From the NCBI GenBank assembly GCA_010093815.1, contig ML996568.1: a stretch of DNA of 31,960 nt. One strand, 5' to 3'. Numbering within the stretch: the stretch's first letter is position 1; every line of letters starts with the position of its first letter. Positions 1 through 13,752 of this stretch are shown one piece after another. The notes beneath the pieces are model-generated. The model had not been told where the DNA came from. It did no database searches and was given only the letters and a program-made list of their open reading frames with translations. The stretch is from Pseudovirgaria hyperparasitica (Eukaryota). Both the position numbers and the translations under genes were made by a program.

Positions 1-148
1 AACCCTTTTAGTAGAAATCTAAGAGTATATATATAAAGGGACGCCGATCTATCTAGCACGTAACTATTTACCGCCCTTCACGTTACCTCCTAACCCTATT
101 AGCTAAGGTACGTGTAGATCGGGTTCTACCTAAGGCTAAGTCCTAACA
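1..148. mobile_element. Probable LTR fragment inserted into ORF1 of the left LINE copy (runs off window edge)
   Basis: LINE ORF1 homology stops abruptly at 149, at the first zinc-knuckle Q-C. The adjoining sequence ends ...TCCTAACA (reverse complement TGTTAGGA..., a typical LTR terminus) and has a TATATAAA-like box near 26-37. The partner LTR and TSD are not visible. Confidence 0.5.
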
Positions 149-1330
149 TTGCGTTATTATCTATGCCCTATCCCATGGTTCCGCCGTAAGTAGCTCTCCT
201 TCGGCTAGGAAGCCCTCCTATATTATTCTATAGGCGAGAGCGGGGTCCCTAAGCTCTACTATTATAGTAGAGTGCTTTTTCGATTTTATCTTAATCCCTT
301 AGACGTTCTTCTACTACGCCTTTACGATCTTAATCCCGGGGTACTTTAGTTCATTAGATTACTCTATTTACTCGATATCGTCTTCTCCGATAACGTGTCC
401 TTAGACGGGGATAGTATATATCTATATTAGGTACGTGGTTACGCGGACGGACGCGCTAGGGAAGATATTATTAATTACATTCGGGTCGCGTAAGATAGTC
501 TACTAGGCCGTATTAGTAGTGGTAGTTAGTACTATACCTTCTAGGGTAAGTTTGGTAGCTACTATATTTAACTACATCCCTTTCTATTCGTTAATCTTAT
601 TTATAATATCCTTTAGGGACGCTTACTAGACTTATACGAGTACTTCTTTATCCTAGATAGCGACTCGTATACTATATACCCCGTCTATAGGTGCCCTTAG
701 TATTTTAGCTAATATGGCTATTCTACTTATAGGTGCGGCGACCTATGCCCACGTGCTAGGGCGTTTTCCCTAGGTAAGGCCCTCCTAGATCCTCTATAGG
801 CTAGCCTCTATACGATCTAGTCTAGATTCTAGGTCTAGTTCCGGCGCCTATTTTACTTCTATAGTAAGCTCCCTAATATTCTAGATAAGGTTTTAGAAGA
901 TACTAAGGAGGGCCGTTTCTCCCTTCTTAACTTCCCTCTCTATACGTACTATCTAGTAGTTAATCTTATTTAGAAGGGTCTCCCCGGGTAGAGTCCTATC
1001 TATCTCTATTATCTATAGTATTATACGCCCTTAGTTATTCGTCGTTTATTAGACGGGGGTTTAATCGTTCTAGGATATGCCGCTATATAGCCGTTTCTAC
1101 CGTACTAGTATTAGGGGTATACCCGGTGGAAGCCAAGGTACGTCGGTGCCTAAGGCCGCTATAATTATTAGTAAAGGGCTACCCGTAACTAATAAAAAGG
1201 GGGTTAGCGTGTCGGCGTTTATTAGAGATAGTCTATACTTATATTATCGAAGAGCCTTCGAGTATATATATATAGTATCTCTATACATTGGTATCGTTAC
1301 GTATTATATACTATACGTACGTGCATGTAT
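149..1330 (-). mobile_element. Diverged Tad1-like LINE 5' end (5' UTR plus RIP-degraded ORF1 starting ~1162)
   Basis: Reverse complement is clearly homologous to ~3440-4495. Shared features: the hairpin, the ATAGCGGCCTTAGG start context, CGCGACCCGAA and GCGGAACCATGGGATAG (AEPWD). The 5' boundary is approximate. Confidence 0.8.
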
Positions 1331-1644
1331 TTAGTAAGTAAGTATAGAATTAAGACTTTAAGTAAATTATCTTATAAGTTCCCTTTTCTCTTATTAGGGC
1401 TAGTAAGTAATATTTCTAGATAAGAAGGTTTATTCTAAAAAGACTTATCTTAAGTTAGAGAAAGAATATACGGCTACTACTTAGCGAAAGGCTTAGTAGG
1501 ACGCTTAGACCGCCTTTACGTGTCTAGAGTATCTAGAGAAATAGTAGAAGCTATTAGAGCGTCGTTAAAATAATATACTTTATTAGAATCTATTAGTAAT
1601 AGATCTTAAGAAGAAGGAGAAGTAACTTAAATAATAATAGAGAG

Positions 1645-1798
1645 TATAAGGAGGCGGGCTCTATATACTAACTAACTACACTATAAAAGGACCGAATCTT
1701 AAAGCTACTACTTCAAGGGTAGAGCACACTACTTATATACGACTACTATATATATATATAATTAACTAGTAGGCCACGTGCTCCTCACGTGCCTAATA
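1645..1798 (-). repeat. TRIM 3' LTR
   Basis: 154-bp copy of 2096-2249, adjacent to the PPT. Confidence 0.9.
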
Positions 1799-2095
1799 TT
1801 ATCCCCCTTTTTAAAGGCGCGTGTCCTTACGCGTCGTGGGTATACTACCTTACGAAAGATAAACTAAACTAGCCGTAACGGGCCTAGTATAAACCATGTA
1901 CATATACAACCAATACTCGTAATGCCGCCTCTAGCACTAGACACGCTAACTTACCGTAGTAACGTTACTACCATGTTATCCGTTACGTGTATAAAGTACA
2001 CGTAACGTGGTAAGCTAAACGGAATCGTATGAAATTTAGTAACGGTTAACTAGACCGAGAGTTAAACCCGTAACCCCGTAGTAGCTTTAAGATTA

Positions 2096-2249
2096 TATAA
2101 GGAGGCGGGCTCTATGTACCAACCAACTATACTATAAAAGGACCGAATCTTAAAGCTACTGCTTTAAGGGTAGAGTACACTACTTATATACGACTACTAC
2201 ACACATGTATAATTAACTAGTAGGCCACGTGCTCCTTACGTGCCTAACA
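2096..2249 (-). repeat. TRIM 5' LTR
   Basis: 154-bp copy of 1645-1798; + strand ends CCTAACA. Confidence 0.9.
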
Positions 2250-2254
2250 GAGAG

Positions 2255-3228
2255 TTACCGTTAAGGAGGTTCCGAATTCTCCCTTAGGTTTTAATAATTC
2301 TTAGCTTAGTATAGAGGACTAGGTAAATCTAGGTTTATTTAATAGAACTTCTATAATAGTTACTAGTAGTTTATTAAATATTCTCTAGGTTCCTAAGTAT
2401 TTAATTCGTGTCCGTAGCCCTTCTATTTAATTAGGTATTCTAGTATTTTATTACTAATTCTAGATTCTAGAATCCTTTTAACTTTAAATTCTTTATCTAT
2501 AGCTTTAATATTAGTTTTAATTTTTATATTACGTTATACTAGTTCTAGTAATAAGATATAAAATACTAGGTATATCCTTATATTCTAAGGTAAAGATAGT
2601 TTATAATTAACTTCTAAAATTTTTTATTTTATTTAGAAAGGTCTAATCTTTTTAAAGTCTAATTTACTATTTAGTTATTATATCTTAATATTTTTCTATA
2701 TAAGGAATACTAGGTCTCCCCCCTTTAGAGATAGTCTTTTTATTCTCTTTTAATTTATATATTTTACTATTCTTTTGTTTATAAAAGAAAGTTCGGTCTA
2801 TAGCTCTAAGTATAGCTTATATAGCTATTCTACCTTAATCTTTACTTTCGGTATAGACTATTCTAGTCTATAATTATAGCTAGCTATAGGGTTAAATCCG
2901 TAGTTTATATAGAACGGTAAGGTTTTAGTTATTAAGGTTATCGCGCTATTATAGATGAATTAAGCTAATAGTAGTAGTTCTACCTTATTATCTTATTATT
3001 TATTAATATAATATTAGAGGTATTATTCTAGTATCCTATTTAGAATCTCTATTTATCTATCTATCTATAGATAATAGACTATTAATAGTTAGTAGTTCGT
3101 TCTAAGCTATCGTACTAGGCTTTTCTAAAAGTTTAATATAAAGAGCTTATCTCTATTAGATATAATACTATTAGATAAACTATAGTTTACTATAACTACT
3201 TATAGAAATACGTATACTATTTCTTCTA
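2255..3228 (-). pseudogene. pol: Chromovirus Ty3/Gypsy pol C-terminus: integrase core, GPF region and chromodomain (RIP-degraded)
   Basis: De-RIPed minus-strand translation gives NHGLPDSIISDRD, STAYHPQTDGQTE, IGPF...NYKL...HPVFHISLLE and the chromodomain EFEVERIL...YLIKWKGY...NTWEP (~2330-2490). Confidence 0.9.
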
Positions 3229-3496
3229 AAACTTCTTTTATATCTCTAAGAGACTAACTTGGTCCATTCGGGGTAATACAGCGAGATATATACCTTAATT
3301 AATAGAGTATACCGAGTACACCAACTACTACTACACGTACATATATATAGCGTCGAAACCAAGACGTTATCGCCATATAAAGATATATATATACCCTCTT
3401 AAAATCCTTACGGAGATAGAGGCACGGACCACGCTACTAGAACGCTAATACGCCGACCCCCTTTTATTAGTTAAGGGTAGCCCTTAACTAATAAAT

Positions 3497-4957
3497 ATAG
3501 CGGCCTTAGGTACCGATATACCCTAGTATATACCGGATATACCCCTACCGGTATAATAGAAAAGGCTATATAGCGATATTACTAAGGGTAGCTATATACC
3601 TATCTAAAACGTAGAATATACCTAAAGGCATATACTACTATAGATAGACGGAATAAAGGGGACCCCGAGAGGGGAAACCCTTCTAGATTATATTAACTAC
3701 TAGGTAGCACGTATAGAGAAGGAAGCCGGAGAGGGCTAGAAGACCCTTCTATATATATTCTAGAACCTTATCTAGAATCTAAAGAGAATTACAGAGAAGG
3801 AGAAGAAGATATAACTAGAAGGACCAGAGGGTAGGCTCGACCAAATAGAGGCTAGCCTACGTAGAATCTAGGAGGAACTTACTTAAGGTAAGCGCCCTAG
3901 TATATAGATATAAATAGTAGTAATACTAGAGGCTATACTACGGGCCCCCCGGACCGGTGACGTGGTATATAGTATACGCGTTATAATCTAGAATAAGAAT
4001 ACCCTAGTATAGGTCTAGTAAGTATCCCTAAAGGATATAGTAAGTAAGATTAATAAATAAAAGGGAATATAGTTAAATATTATCGTCGCTAAACTTATAC
4101 TAGAAGAAGTAGTACTTATTATAATAACGAATATCGCGTAGTAGACTATCTCGCGCGATCCGAACGTAATTAGTAGTATCTTTCTAGGCGCCTCTATTAG
4201 GGCGGCTATATACCCGATATAGGTATACTCTATATCTATAAGCGGATAGGTTATTAGAGAAGAGAATATTACGCGGATAGAATAGTTAAATAAGCGAAAA
4301 TACCTAGGGATTAAGATCGTAAGAGTATAGTAGAAGAATATATAAGGGATTAAAACTAGATTAAAGATATACTCTACTATAATAGTAGAGCTTAAGGACC
4401 CCGCCCTCGCGTATTAAATTATATAAGAGGGATTTCTAGCGGAAGGGGAGCTTCTTATAGCGGAACCATGGGATAGAGTATAGGCGATAATATAGTACTT
4501 TAACTATTAGGGATACGGGTATACGGTATAGCGGTACTTCTAAAAGACTAGGTATAGATAGTATTAATAAGAATATAGTACCTAGGAGTACCTCTACGGG
4601 ATATAAGGAGAGGGCTAGAGGGATAGGGATATGGCGAAGTACTCTAACTATAACGGTAAGTACCCGTCGTAGTCGACTACGTGTACGAAACGTAAATAGG
4701 TTACTAAATATATCTACTTAATCCGGATAAAGGGAGTAAGGTAGCTATAAACGATGCGACCTACTACCGTTCCTCTCTTTACTATAATACTACTACTATA
4801 GACTACCTCCTTACGAGGAAGCGGTTAGAAATAGTAAACTATCCCGAGAAAGCTAATAATAGAACGGCCCTAAGGAATTACTAAGGCCGCCGCTATACGA
4901 GGATAGTCGCGTCTTAGAGGAATAAATATATAGGCCTATATATTCTCTAGCACCTAA
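3497..4957 (+). pseudogene. LINE ORF1, gag-like with three CCHC zinc knuckles (RIP-degraded)
   Basis: De-RIPed QCFNCQGYGH..C, CGWC..H..C and CSNCNGKHPSW..C at ~4490-4685, all in the frame of the inferred ATG (now ATA) at 3497. Confidence 0.8.
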
Positions 4958-7900
4958 TAAGAGACTAAGATATACTTCTAATTATATAGATAAACGTATA
5001 GTATAAACGTAAGAACTAGGCGATACTCCTTAAGGAGACCGGAGCTATAATACTCGCTATATAGGAGCTATATAAATACTACTAGATAAATAAACTAATA
5101 ATACACCTAGAATATTATATAATATACCCCCTAGGACCGGAGAGGAGAGTCCTCTTCTATGTCTATAAGTCTATCCTACTCTTATTATAGTTATATACTA
5201 AACGGGATAACCTCCGGATAATACTACACCTCTAGACGAATATTAGACCCCTCTATATATATAATATATATAATTAGAACTAATCGCTTTAGGTAGATAA
5301 TATACTTAAGGGTACTACCGAGCTAGAATAATATATCCTTCTAGGAGACTTTAACCTCTATTATAGCTAGTAGGGTAGACTAACCGTTACCTACGAAGAG
5401 CTTCGAGCTAGAGAACTACGCACCTAATACTACTACTTTCTATACCTTCTTATACTAGTAGAATAGATTACCTAGCGAAAATATAAATAAGATAAGGGCG
5501 GATCTATACTCGACCTTACCCTAGCCACTAGATATATTTATAATAGAACTTAATACTACCGCCTAAGCCTTATATAGATAGACTCCGACCATGAATATAT
5601 AGAGACCGTAATAGATATATCTACCCCTTAAGACTAACGAGGGCGATAGCTATAGAAGGATACTAACTAGGAAAAGTACCTAAAGGATCTATAATCGACG
5701 ATTCTAGACCCGTCTATAGTTAATATATCTAATGGCCCGGCTATCGACTAGGCCGTGAATATACTTCTATAGGCGTACTAGGGAGTAAGAGATAAACACG
5801 TACCGTACCGAATATATAGACCCCTAGACCCGAAAAGTATACCTTAAGTATAAGAGTATAGGCGAGAAGTCCGGAGATTATATACACGCGTATACTATAA
5901 CTATATACCTAAAGCGTAGAATAAATAGAGAGAGGCGAGAAGATAATAAGATAAGGTTCTCCATAATAAGCGACGTAAATAGTAGTATATAGTTACGGAT
6001 AGATATATACGTAATACTACTAGACTATAGTATATAGTAAAATAGGCTAAAAGTACCGCCTCCCCGACACCTATACTACTTATACCTCCCCTTATATATT
6101 AAGAAAAGATATACTCTACGAGCCTTAAGAAAATAGAGATTCTATAAGAGGTTATGTTCCCTCTTCTAGAACCCGTAGATCTATTAGATATTAATAGTAC
6201 GGAATATCTAGAAGCCGTAAGTATCTCTAGGGAAATCACGGATAACGATATACTCGGCGCTATTAAGATACTCCCGAACGATAAAGCGCCTAGGCTAGAT
6301 AGAATTCTAAATTAATGCCTTAAGAGGACCATATAGGCGACCTTACTAATTATAGGCTATATATTCCGAGCGTGCGCCCGTATAGAATACCACCTATAGA
6401 GCTTCTAAACTATATATATAGTTATACTTCTAAAACTAGGGAAGAGCCTAAACACGCCGAAGGGATAGAGGCTAATCGCCCTCCTCTCCTACCTTAGTAA
6501 AATACTAGAAGCTATAATTACTAAGAAGATAAGTATAGTAGTATAGGTACACGGCCTTCTCCTAGTAAACCAGAAGGCGAAGATAGGAAGCTCCCTAATT
6601 ATAGCTATTTAATATATTCTCGAGGTTATCTAGACTATATAGAAATAAGGACGAGTTATTACGCTACTCTCCCTAGATATAGTAGGGGCGTTTAATAAGG
6701 TAAACCATATAAGACTTATCTATAACCTCCGGATAAGGCGAATACCTAAGTAGATTATACGATTTATATAGTCCTTCCTCGCGTAAAGGACTACTTAAAT
6801 ATATATCTCTAGATACCGAAGCGAATATAAGGAGACGGTATACGGCATCCCGTAAGGGAGTACCATCTCCCTAATCCTCTTCCTCTTCTTTATAGTAGAC
6901 CTTCTTTAGAGAATAGAATATATAAAGGTAGTCGGATACGCGGACGATATATACCTCCTTATAGTTAATAGTAGTACTAGTAGAATATATACACGACTCG
7001 AACGAGACCATAAGAAATACGTCTAGTAGATAAAGTACTACGGAGTAAAATTTACACCTAAAAAATACTAGCTTATATACTTTATTAACCGCTATAGAGG
7101 ATGGACTACTAGGGAGGGGGCACGTCGCCCCTAAATCGACGCCTTTATAGAACTACTAGTATAGAGTATACGCGTACTCGGCGTTATAATTAATAATAAG
7201 CTAAAATAGGGACCATAGGTGGCACACGCCGTCTCTAGAGCCCTCTAGATAGAAACTACTATATACTAGATTACGGCATCCACGTAGGGAATAGCCTAGG
7301 ATAAGGCGAGATAGCTATATATCTCCCTAGTACGCCTAGCCTTTATATACGGATACGAGTACTAGTATACGGCCCTTATATAAGCTTAGCGGGTAAAGCT
7401 TAAGTCTATATAAAACCGTATACTCCGCCTTATCTCCGGCGTATATAAAGCTACTAATATAACGCTCCTCCGACGCGAGATAAACGTAATAAGTATATAG
7501 AACTTCTACTAGATATAGAGACTTATATACTTTACTAAATAATAAGTATAAGAACGTAGAGGAGATAGGGTATATACCTTTACTATACTACGTACACGTA
7601 TCCGCGTGTATTACTAGGCCCTCCCTACTATAGAATAAACTCGAGTATAATATAAATACTATATAGAGGCGGACTCGAGCTAGACCGTGTAGGAGGTTTA
7701 AAATAATCTAGATACCGTCCTAAGCTAATAGAGCCCTAAGGAGCTTAGCCGCGTTATATAGTCGTAGATCTAGAATAAATAGAGGGAGATACTTAAAGCC
7801 TAGTAGGCCTCCTAATAGAATAGGTATCTAGAATAGATCTAAGGGCCTTAGAAGGAACCGAGTAAATAGATATATAAAGGGCTAACGAAGGCCTAAGTAT

Positions 7901-8280
7901 CTATACTTCTCTAAGCCCGAATAGGCGCTATAGGTCTCCTATATTACCTCTACTAGAGAGGTATCCTAGATATATCTCTCTAGTGCGAGGACTACGGCCG
8001 GAGAGATATAATACGCCACTACCTCGCGACGTACTCTAGCCTCTATACCCTAAGATAAGCCCTCGTCCGTATAACGAGGACCTCCGACATTACGCGATAG
8101 CTTAATAAGTACTCTAAGGACGTCACCTAATAGATACTTATATATCTTTCTCTCCCCTAGTTCTAGTAGACCCGCGTATATATACTAGAAGAAGCCCGAT
8201 ATATACTAGAAGAACCCTAGTATACGTCGGAAGAACCCCGGGAGAACCGCGATTATTAGTTAAGGGTAGCCCTTAACTAA
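4957..8280 (+). pseudogene. LINE ORF2: APE endonuclease, reverse transcriptase and C-terminal Cys/His motif (RIP-degraded)
   Basis: De-RIPed motifs ILAIQEP, LLGDFNLHH (5338-), DSDH (5581), KAPGPDGIP, WRPIALLS, LDIAGAFD, GIPQGS. Intact YADD at 6937-6948. No RNase H recognised. Confidence 0.9.
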
Positions 8281-8368
8281 TAATCTCCGCACCTATACGT
8301 GCTACCTAAGGGTAAACTATTATAATATAGGCTATAGGCCTATGGGTAGCCCCTAGAGCTATATATAT

Positions 8369-8739
8369 TATAGAAGGCCGTTCCTGCAGCCCTATATATA
8401 TATATCCCTAGCTCGATTACATAGCTTATTATATATTTAAGGAGGGCGTTTTCCTTGGTCATTCTACTCGGCACGCTTCCCCTATCACTAATATTCGACG
8501 ATTCGACCTTTCCTTACGTTTATAGGCCTCTATAGGTATTAATTATTAGGCTTAGCTATTAATAAATTAATTAAGAGTATTATATAGACCCGTTCTATCG
8601 TAAAAGAGAACTAATAAGAAGTCGTGCGTTTAAAGAGAACTTATAATACCTAGAAGAGATACTTATAAGTTCGTCGCGACTACTATACTAAGAATATAGC
8701 TATTTATAAAAGGGATATACGTAGCGATAGCTCATTATA
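8369..8739 (+). repeat. Outer Gypsy 5' LTR
   Basis: TATAGAAGG...CATTATA (RIP-altered TG...CA). Shares the A4 run and CCTTGGTCATTCTACTCGGC with 30830-31200. Confidence 0.95.
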
Positions 8740-9206
8740 ATTTTAGAGGTTGTACCTAGACTATAAACTTATAGGGGGAGATTAGGACTCCGAAACTAGC
8801 TTAGAGGAAGTATATAGTATGTCTAATAAGGTAGTCTAGACTTACTAGATCGAAGCTATAAGTCCGGAAAACAGGGAGTCCGGAGTCGCTAGGGGCTAGC
8901 CTCTTAAAAGTAGCTATAAAAAGTATATACATGCTAACACGGGTAATAGCGCGACTCGAAAATGTCTTAGGGGAATAGAATATAAAATAGAGCTAGATAA
9001 AGCGATAAAGAAGAGTTTAAAAACGATAAATATAACCTGTTTAGTACTACCATAGCTATTATTTATAAACACGGCTACACGAGTATACTACTTTAGGAAC
9101 GCCTCACACGAAGATAATAACATAAGTAGGATACTATAAACCTTATATCGATAAAGACGATAGTAATAGTTCACCTTATAAAGGGATTAATTAATATAGA
9201 GAAGGG

Positions 9207-12200
9207 ATAATAGGTATTATAGGTAGACGTATTAGGCTAACCTTTAGTTAAGGTAATCCCTTAACTAATAACCTTACCCCTAGCGTCTCTACTAGTATAT
9301 CTACTACTAGTAATAGTGCGATAGAAGCTTAAAATAACGATCTAGTAACTTATAGAGAGATACTTAACTTCTTCGTAGTATTTGCGCGATAAGGAAGAAT
9401 AGTATCTCTATCTACCCTAGCCCCTAAGCGCTTTAAAGGAATAAATATTATAGCCTTCCTTCGGAAGTACGAGGATATATATATAAACTATAAAGTTCCG
9501 TCTAATAAGAAGATAATCTCCCTACTATTATACTATAAGGACTATCTCCGTCCTACTATTAAAGGAATAGATAGGTTTTAGAAATAGTAGTAGGCTATAC
9601 TACGTGAAGAATTATTAAAGGAATTCTCTCTATTTAACTCCGCCCTTAAGGAAGGTACTATCTACTTTATCCGAAAATACGTGGAAATAGTTAAAGTAGA
9701 CCTATCCTACTCTCTCCCTATATACTACTCCCGGTATCGTGTTATTATAGAGAAACTTACGGCTAAAGGAAGCCTAAGCTCGTATTCGCGAATAGAGCTC
9801 TTCCTAGAAGGGCTATCTAATAGTCTTAAGGCTCGGGCTATAGAGAAATGTTAACTCACGATGGAAGCATATAGTTACGACTAGATAATTATCTATGGCT
9901 TTATATTACGAAAGGCTAGAGTACTTAAGGAACTAGCTCGTATTAATAAGCACTTAGCCGTATAGGAGCTAGCTATAGCTATATACTATAAATTAAAGAT
10001 AGAGAGTAAGAAGACTAGCTTAGAAGAGTAGTTATATAAAGAAAGAAGAACTAATAAATTTAGCTACCTCTCTCTAGTCAAAGTACACGTTACGCTAGAA
10101 TTAGATAAGTTTAACGAGATAGTAGAGAGATTTAGTAAACTAGACCTTACGTTAATTAAGATAAAGTCCTACTTTATCTCTAATCCCTTATTCTTATCTC
10201 TTAAGAAGTACGAACCTAAGCTTCTTTCGGCTATTATTAACTAGTAGGCGCGAAGGCTAAATCTTTTAATACACCCCTAAGTACGAGGCATGCCTATAGA
10301 ACTAACGTAAGTTTATCTATAGAATTATATATAGAATAGGGAATACGTCTCTACCCGAGACTCCTAAGGAGGCGTTATAGTCTAGAATAGGCCTTAAAGA
10401 CTAATTATATATATTACATGCGGAGGAGATTACCTAATATATAGATATCCGGAGATAGTAGGATACATTAGAGACGGATTACTAAATATTAACGGGGTAT
10501 AAGTATTCTAAGAGTGTTTCGGGGTGAACGGAGAAGAAATTCTATTACTACCCTCCTTAGTAGAGCTATAAGCTACCCTATAAGCTATCCGGAATTACGT
10601 AGTAATAGTTTAAAATAGTCTAAGCTAGTATAGAGGGGGAGTAAAGGTTTCTATATCTATAGTAAATATTAACGCTTTATAGAGAGTACTAGTATATAGT
10701 ATTAGTATAAAACCTACGAAGGGTCTCTACTAGGCCTTAGCGGATAGTAATTTAGAAGAAGAAGTTATATCGCCCGAGAGTAAGAAAGATAGATATATAG
10801 AATTCTATGAACGCTTCGATATAGCTAGTAATAGATATATCCGTAAGGAGATAGCCCTAGAAGAGTCCGCTATACTTATAATATCTAGAAGGGGGATTAT
10901 AAAGAGTATACCTAATTATACTAAGGAAAGAAAGATCGTCTATCTCTACGGAATACGTTAAGGGTAGTATATAAGGATTATTAAGGAATAGAAGGACGGC
11001 GAGAAGAGTAGTAACTAGAGAATATCTAAATAAGAGCTAATAGCGTCTAAGGATAAGATAGATAAAGGGGATAGCCTAAATCCTAGTTAAAAGGTACGTA
11101 TCCGAGGCGTTAAGCTTAATAACTATCTACGCGAGGGATAGCGGCTAAGTATAGAAGCTAGTAAAGCATAGCTAGTGCGCGTTCTAGGGATAACTATAAA
11201 TATTACTATTAGCGAACTATTAAGCCTTAATAGTAACTTATATCGTGCGGTATTTAAGAAGGGCGCCCCCGACTTTATAGCTAGAGAGATCTATAAGACT
11301 TAAGAGGGGAGAGCCGAGAAGAAAGAAAGAAACGACCATACTATGGCTCCTAAGATAAATAAACTTAATATATTAGTACCCCTCTATACCACGGGGACGG
11401 CTATTATATAATAAGATATTAATTAGCTTAAGGAAGGGATAGTAAGGCTAGTGGCCGAGTATCTAAGATACTCTATAGAAGTTAGTCCTAAAAGGGCGAC
11501 TAGTATAGTACTATTTAATAGTAGTATATAGATAAATAGTATTTAACTAGATACTATAAGGCGTCTCGGGCTAGCGATATCTTCGCTTCTACTATATATA
11601 AAGAACTTAAGTTTAGTTAGCGCTACTTAGTATAGTACTCTATTTATAGAAATAGTATAGTAATACCCTATCTATATAGGTCGGATCGTTATAGCTACTT
11701 CGATATTTATATATAGTAAACTTAATTATAACCTTATTCTAGGGGAGCTATATACTAGATAGACCTTACTTATAGCGCGGAGGTTAGCCTCCGGGTAAGT
11801 ACTCTTAATAGTCTACTCTATATATAGATAAGAACGAGTAACCTTCGAAACTAGTCTAGATAAGTATATTCTAGTCTTAGAGAAGAAGGGTAACTCTATA
11901 GCTAGAGACTAACTATATAGTAGAGTATGTCGCTAGAAGCCGGAGTTAAGCCGGATTATTAGTTAAGGGCTACCCTTAACTAATAATCCGTACTAAATAG
12001 AGTCTGGTAAACCCACTAATAAAGGGGATAGAATATATTTTTATACGGATATAGAAATAAGTTATATAGAGTTACTTTCCGAGAAAATCCGGCCTAAAAA
12101 TATTACTTAGTTATTAAGAAAAGATAACTTAGCCGCCCTAGTTACGGCGGTAAGGTACGCTACCTTCGTATATAAATAAGGCACGATAATAGAATAGCTT

Positions 12201-13752
12201 ATAGTAGGCTCTACCGGCCTCTAAAGACGGTATTTATCTAGGGTATTAAAGGAATTTAGTATAGCTACTATATATAAAAGAAAGGGAGTTAAAGTATATT
12301 CTATGGATAACTCCGAAGCCTACTAAAAGGTCTCTAGGAATCTATTAGGGTATCTAGACTAGCGTAAACGAGTAATCGCACGGTAGGTACTTCTTCTAGC
12401 CGTCTACCTAGGCCTTAACGCGTTTAATAGGCTAATAGAGCCTTAAAGGGTAACTATCCCGCTAGGAACACGTCTAACGCCTCTATATATAAGTTAGCTA
12501 AAGATTAGAATAGAGCTACGTCCTATAGAACTTAAGTTACTATATATAATCTTATTATATCGCGAGGAAGTACTAGTATAGGAATTCTTATACCTTAGTA
12601 AATTTAATAAAGAGATAGCATCTTCGTAGGAGATCCGAACGGTAGAATATAAGGTATAGTAGACTAAGAACTTTAATATTTCTAGAGCCCTTTATAGAAA
12701 GGTACTTATAATCCTAAAAGAGCGTCTTAATAGCGGAAGGCTCGAGCCCTATAGTAGTTCTTATCGAAACGCCTATTTTCTTATAGAAAAGAAGAAGGAA
12801 GCTAATAAGGAACGAGATTATAGGTTAATTAATTCGGTAATAGAAATTAACTAAGTTACTATTCGTAATGCGGCCACGCCGCCCTTATATAAAGAATTCT
12901 CGGAGTACTTTACGGGGATAGCCGTCTTAACGTTTACTAACTTCTTCTTAGAATATAATTAGATTCTATTAGTAGAGTATTACCGAGACTTAACGGGGTT
13001 TATAACGCCCCTAGAATTACTATATAGGATAATATTACCTTAAGGGGCCACTAATTTAGTAGCTTAGTTCGTTAGAATTATATTAACTATTATATAAGAA
13101 TATATCCCGGAGAGGGCTCTACTATTCCTAGATAACTTAGATATTAAAGGACCTATAACGAAATATAACTCTAAGGAGGCCCTGCCTAGAATTTATAGGT
13201 ATATCCTAGAATATTTAATTAATATAGATAAGGTTCTCGCGGATATAGAGCGCGCTAGATACGCCCTAAGTAGTAAGAAGACTTAGTAGTATATTAAAGC
13301 CGCTAATATTATAGAATATATCTACGGTATTAAAGGGAGGCGACCGAGTAATAAAAAGGTTACTACTATTAGGGACTAGAAACCCTATAAAAACACGACG
13401 AATATACGAGCCTTTCTTAGCGTTTATATATATTTCCGGATATAGATCCCCGGGTACGCTATTATTATATCGCTACTATTTATACTATTAAAGAATAAAT
13501 CGGTCTAGTAGTAGATAGCTAAGGAGTAGACCTTGATAGACGCGCTAAAGATAGCTCTAACTACTACTCCCGTACTAATAACGTTACGGTATAGAATAGG
13601 TATAGAAGATATAATTCTAGTAGTAGACTCTAGTAACGTTAGGTAGGGGGCTACGTTAATATAGGAGAACGAGAATTATAAATATTAGCTATCGCGGTAT
13701 AATAGAGGAATGTAGTTAAAAGCTAAGAGAAACTACGATACCGTGAAACTAG
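9207..13752 (+). pseudogene. Outer Gypsy gag-pol, N-terminal part (gag, protease, RT, start of RNase H)
   Basis: Copy of 14592-19137. De-RIPed LPQGATNSVAQF (~13035) and PFLDDLGIKGP (~13122). Broken at RNase H NYDTVKL|ECRAL. Confidence 0.9.

Larger units (their letters stand above)
1645..2249 (-). mobile_element. TRIM-like non-autonomous LTR element (154-bp LTRs, 297-bp internal region)
   Basis: Direct repeats at 1645-1798 and 2096-2249 with RIP-altered TG...CA ends. 5-bp TSD GAGAG at 1640-1644 and 2250-2254. Minus-strand PPT (+ strand TTATCCCCCTTTTTT from 1799). No coding capacity seen. Confidence 0.9.

Noticed and set aside
1077..1334. 85-aa + strand ORF
   Set aside because: Antisense to the LINE 5' UTR/ORF1, with a RIP-biased I/Y-rich composition; not a gene.
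1335..1640. Possible chromovirus 3' UTR, PPT (reverse complement GAGAAAAGGGAAC, ~1378-1390) and start of its 3' LTR
   Set aside because: Plausible, but there is no partner LTR in the window to confirm boundaries.
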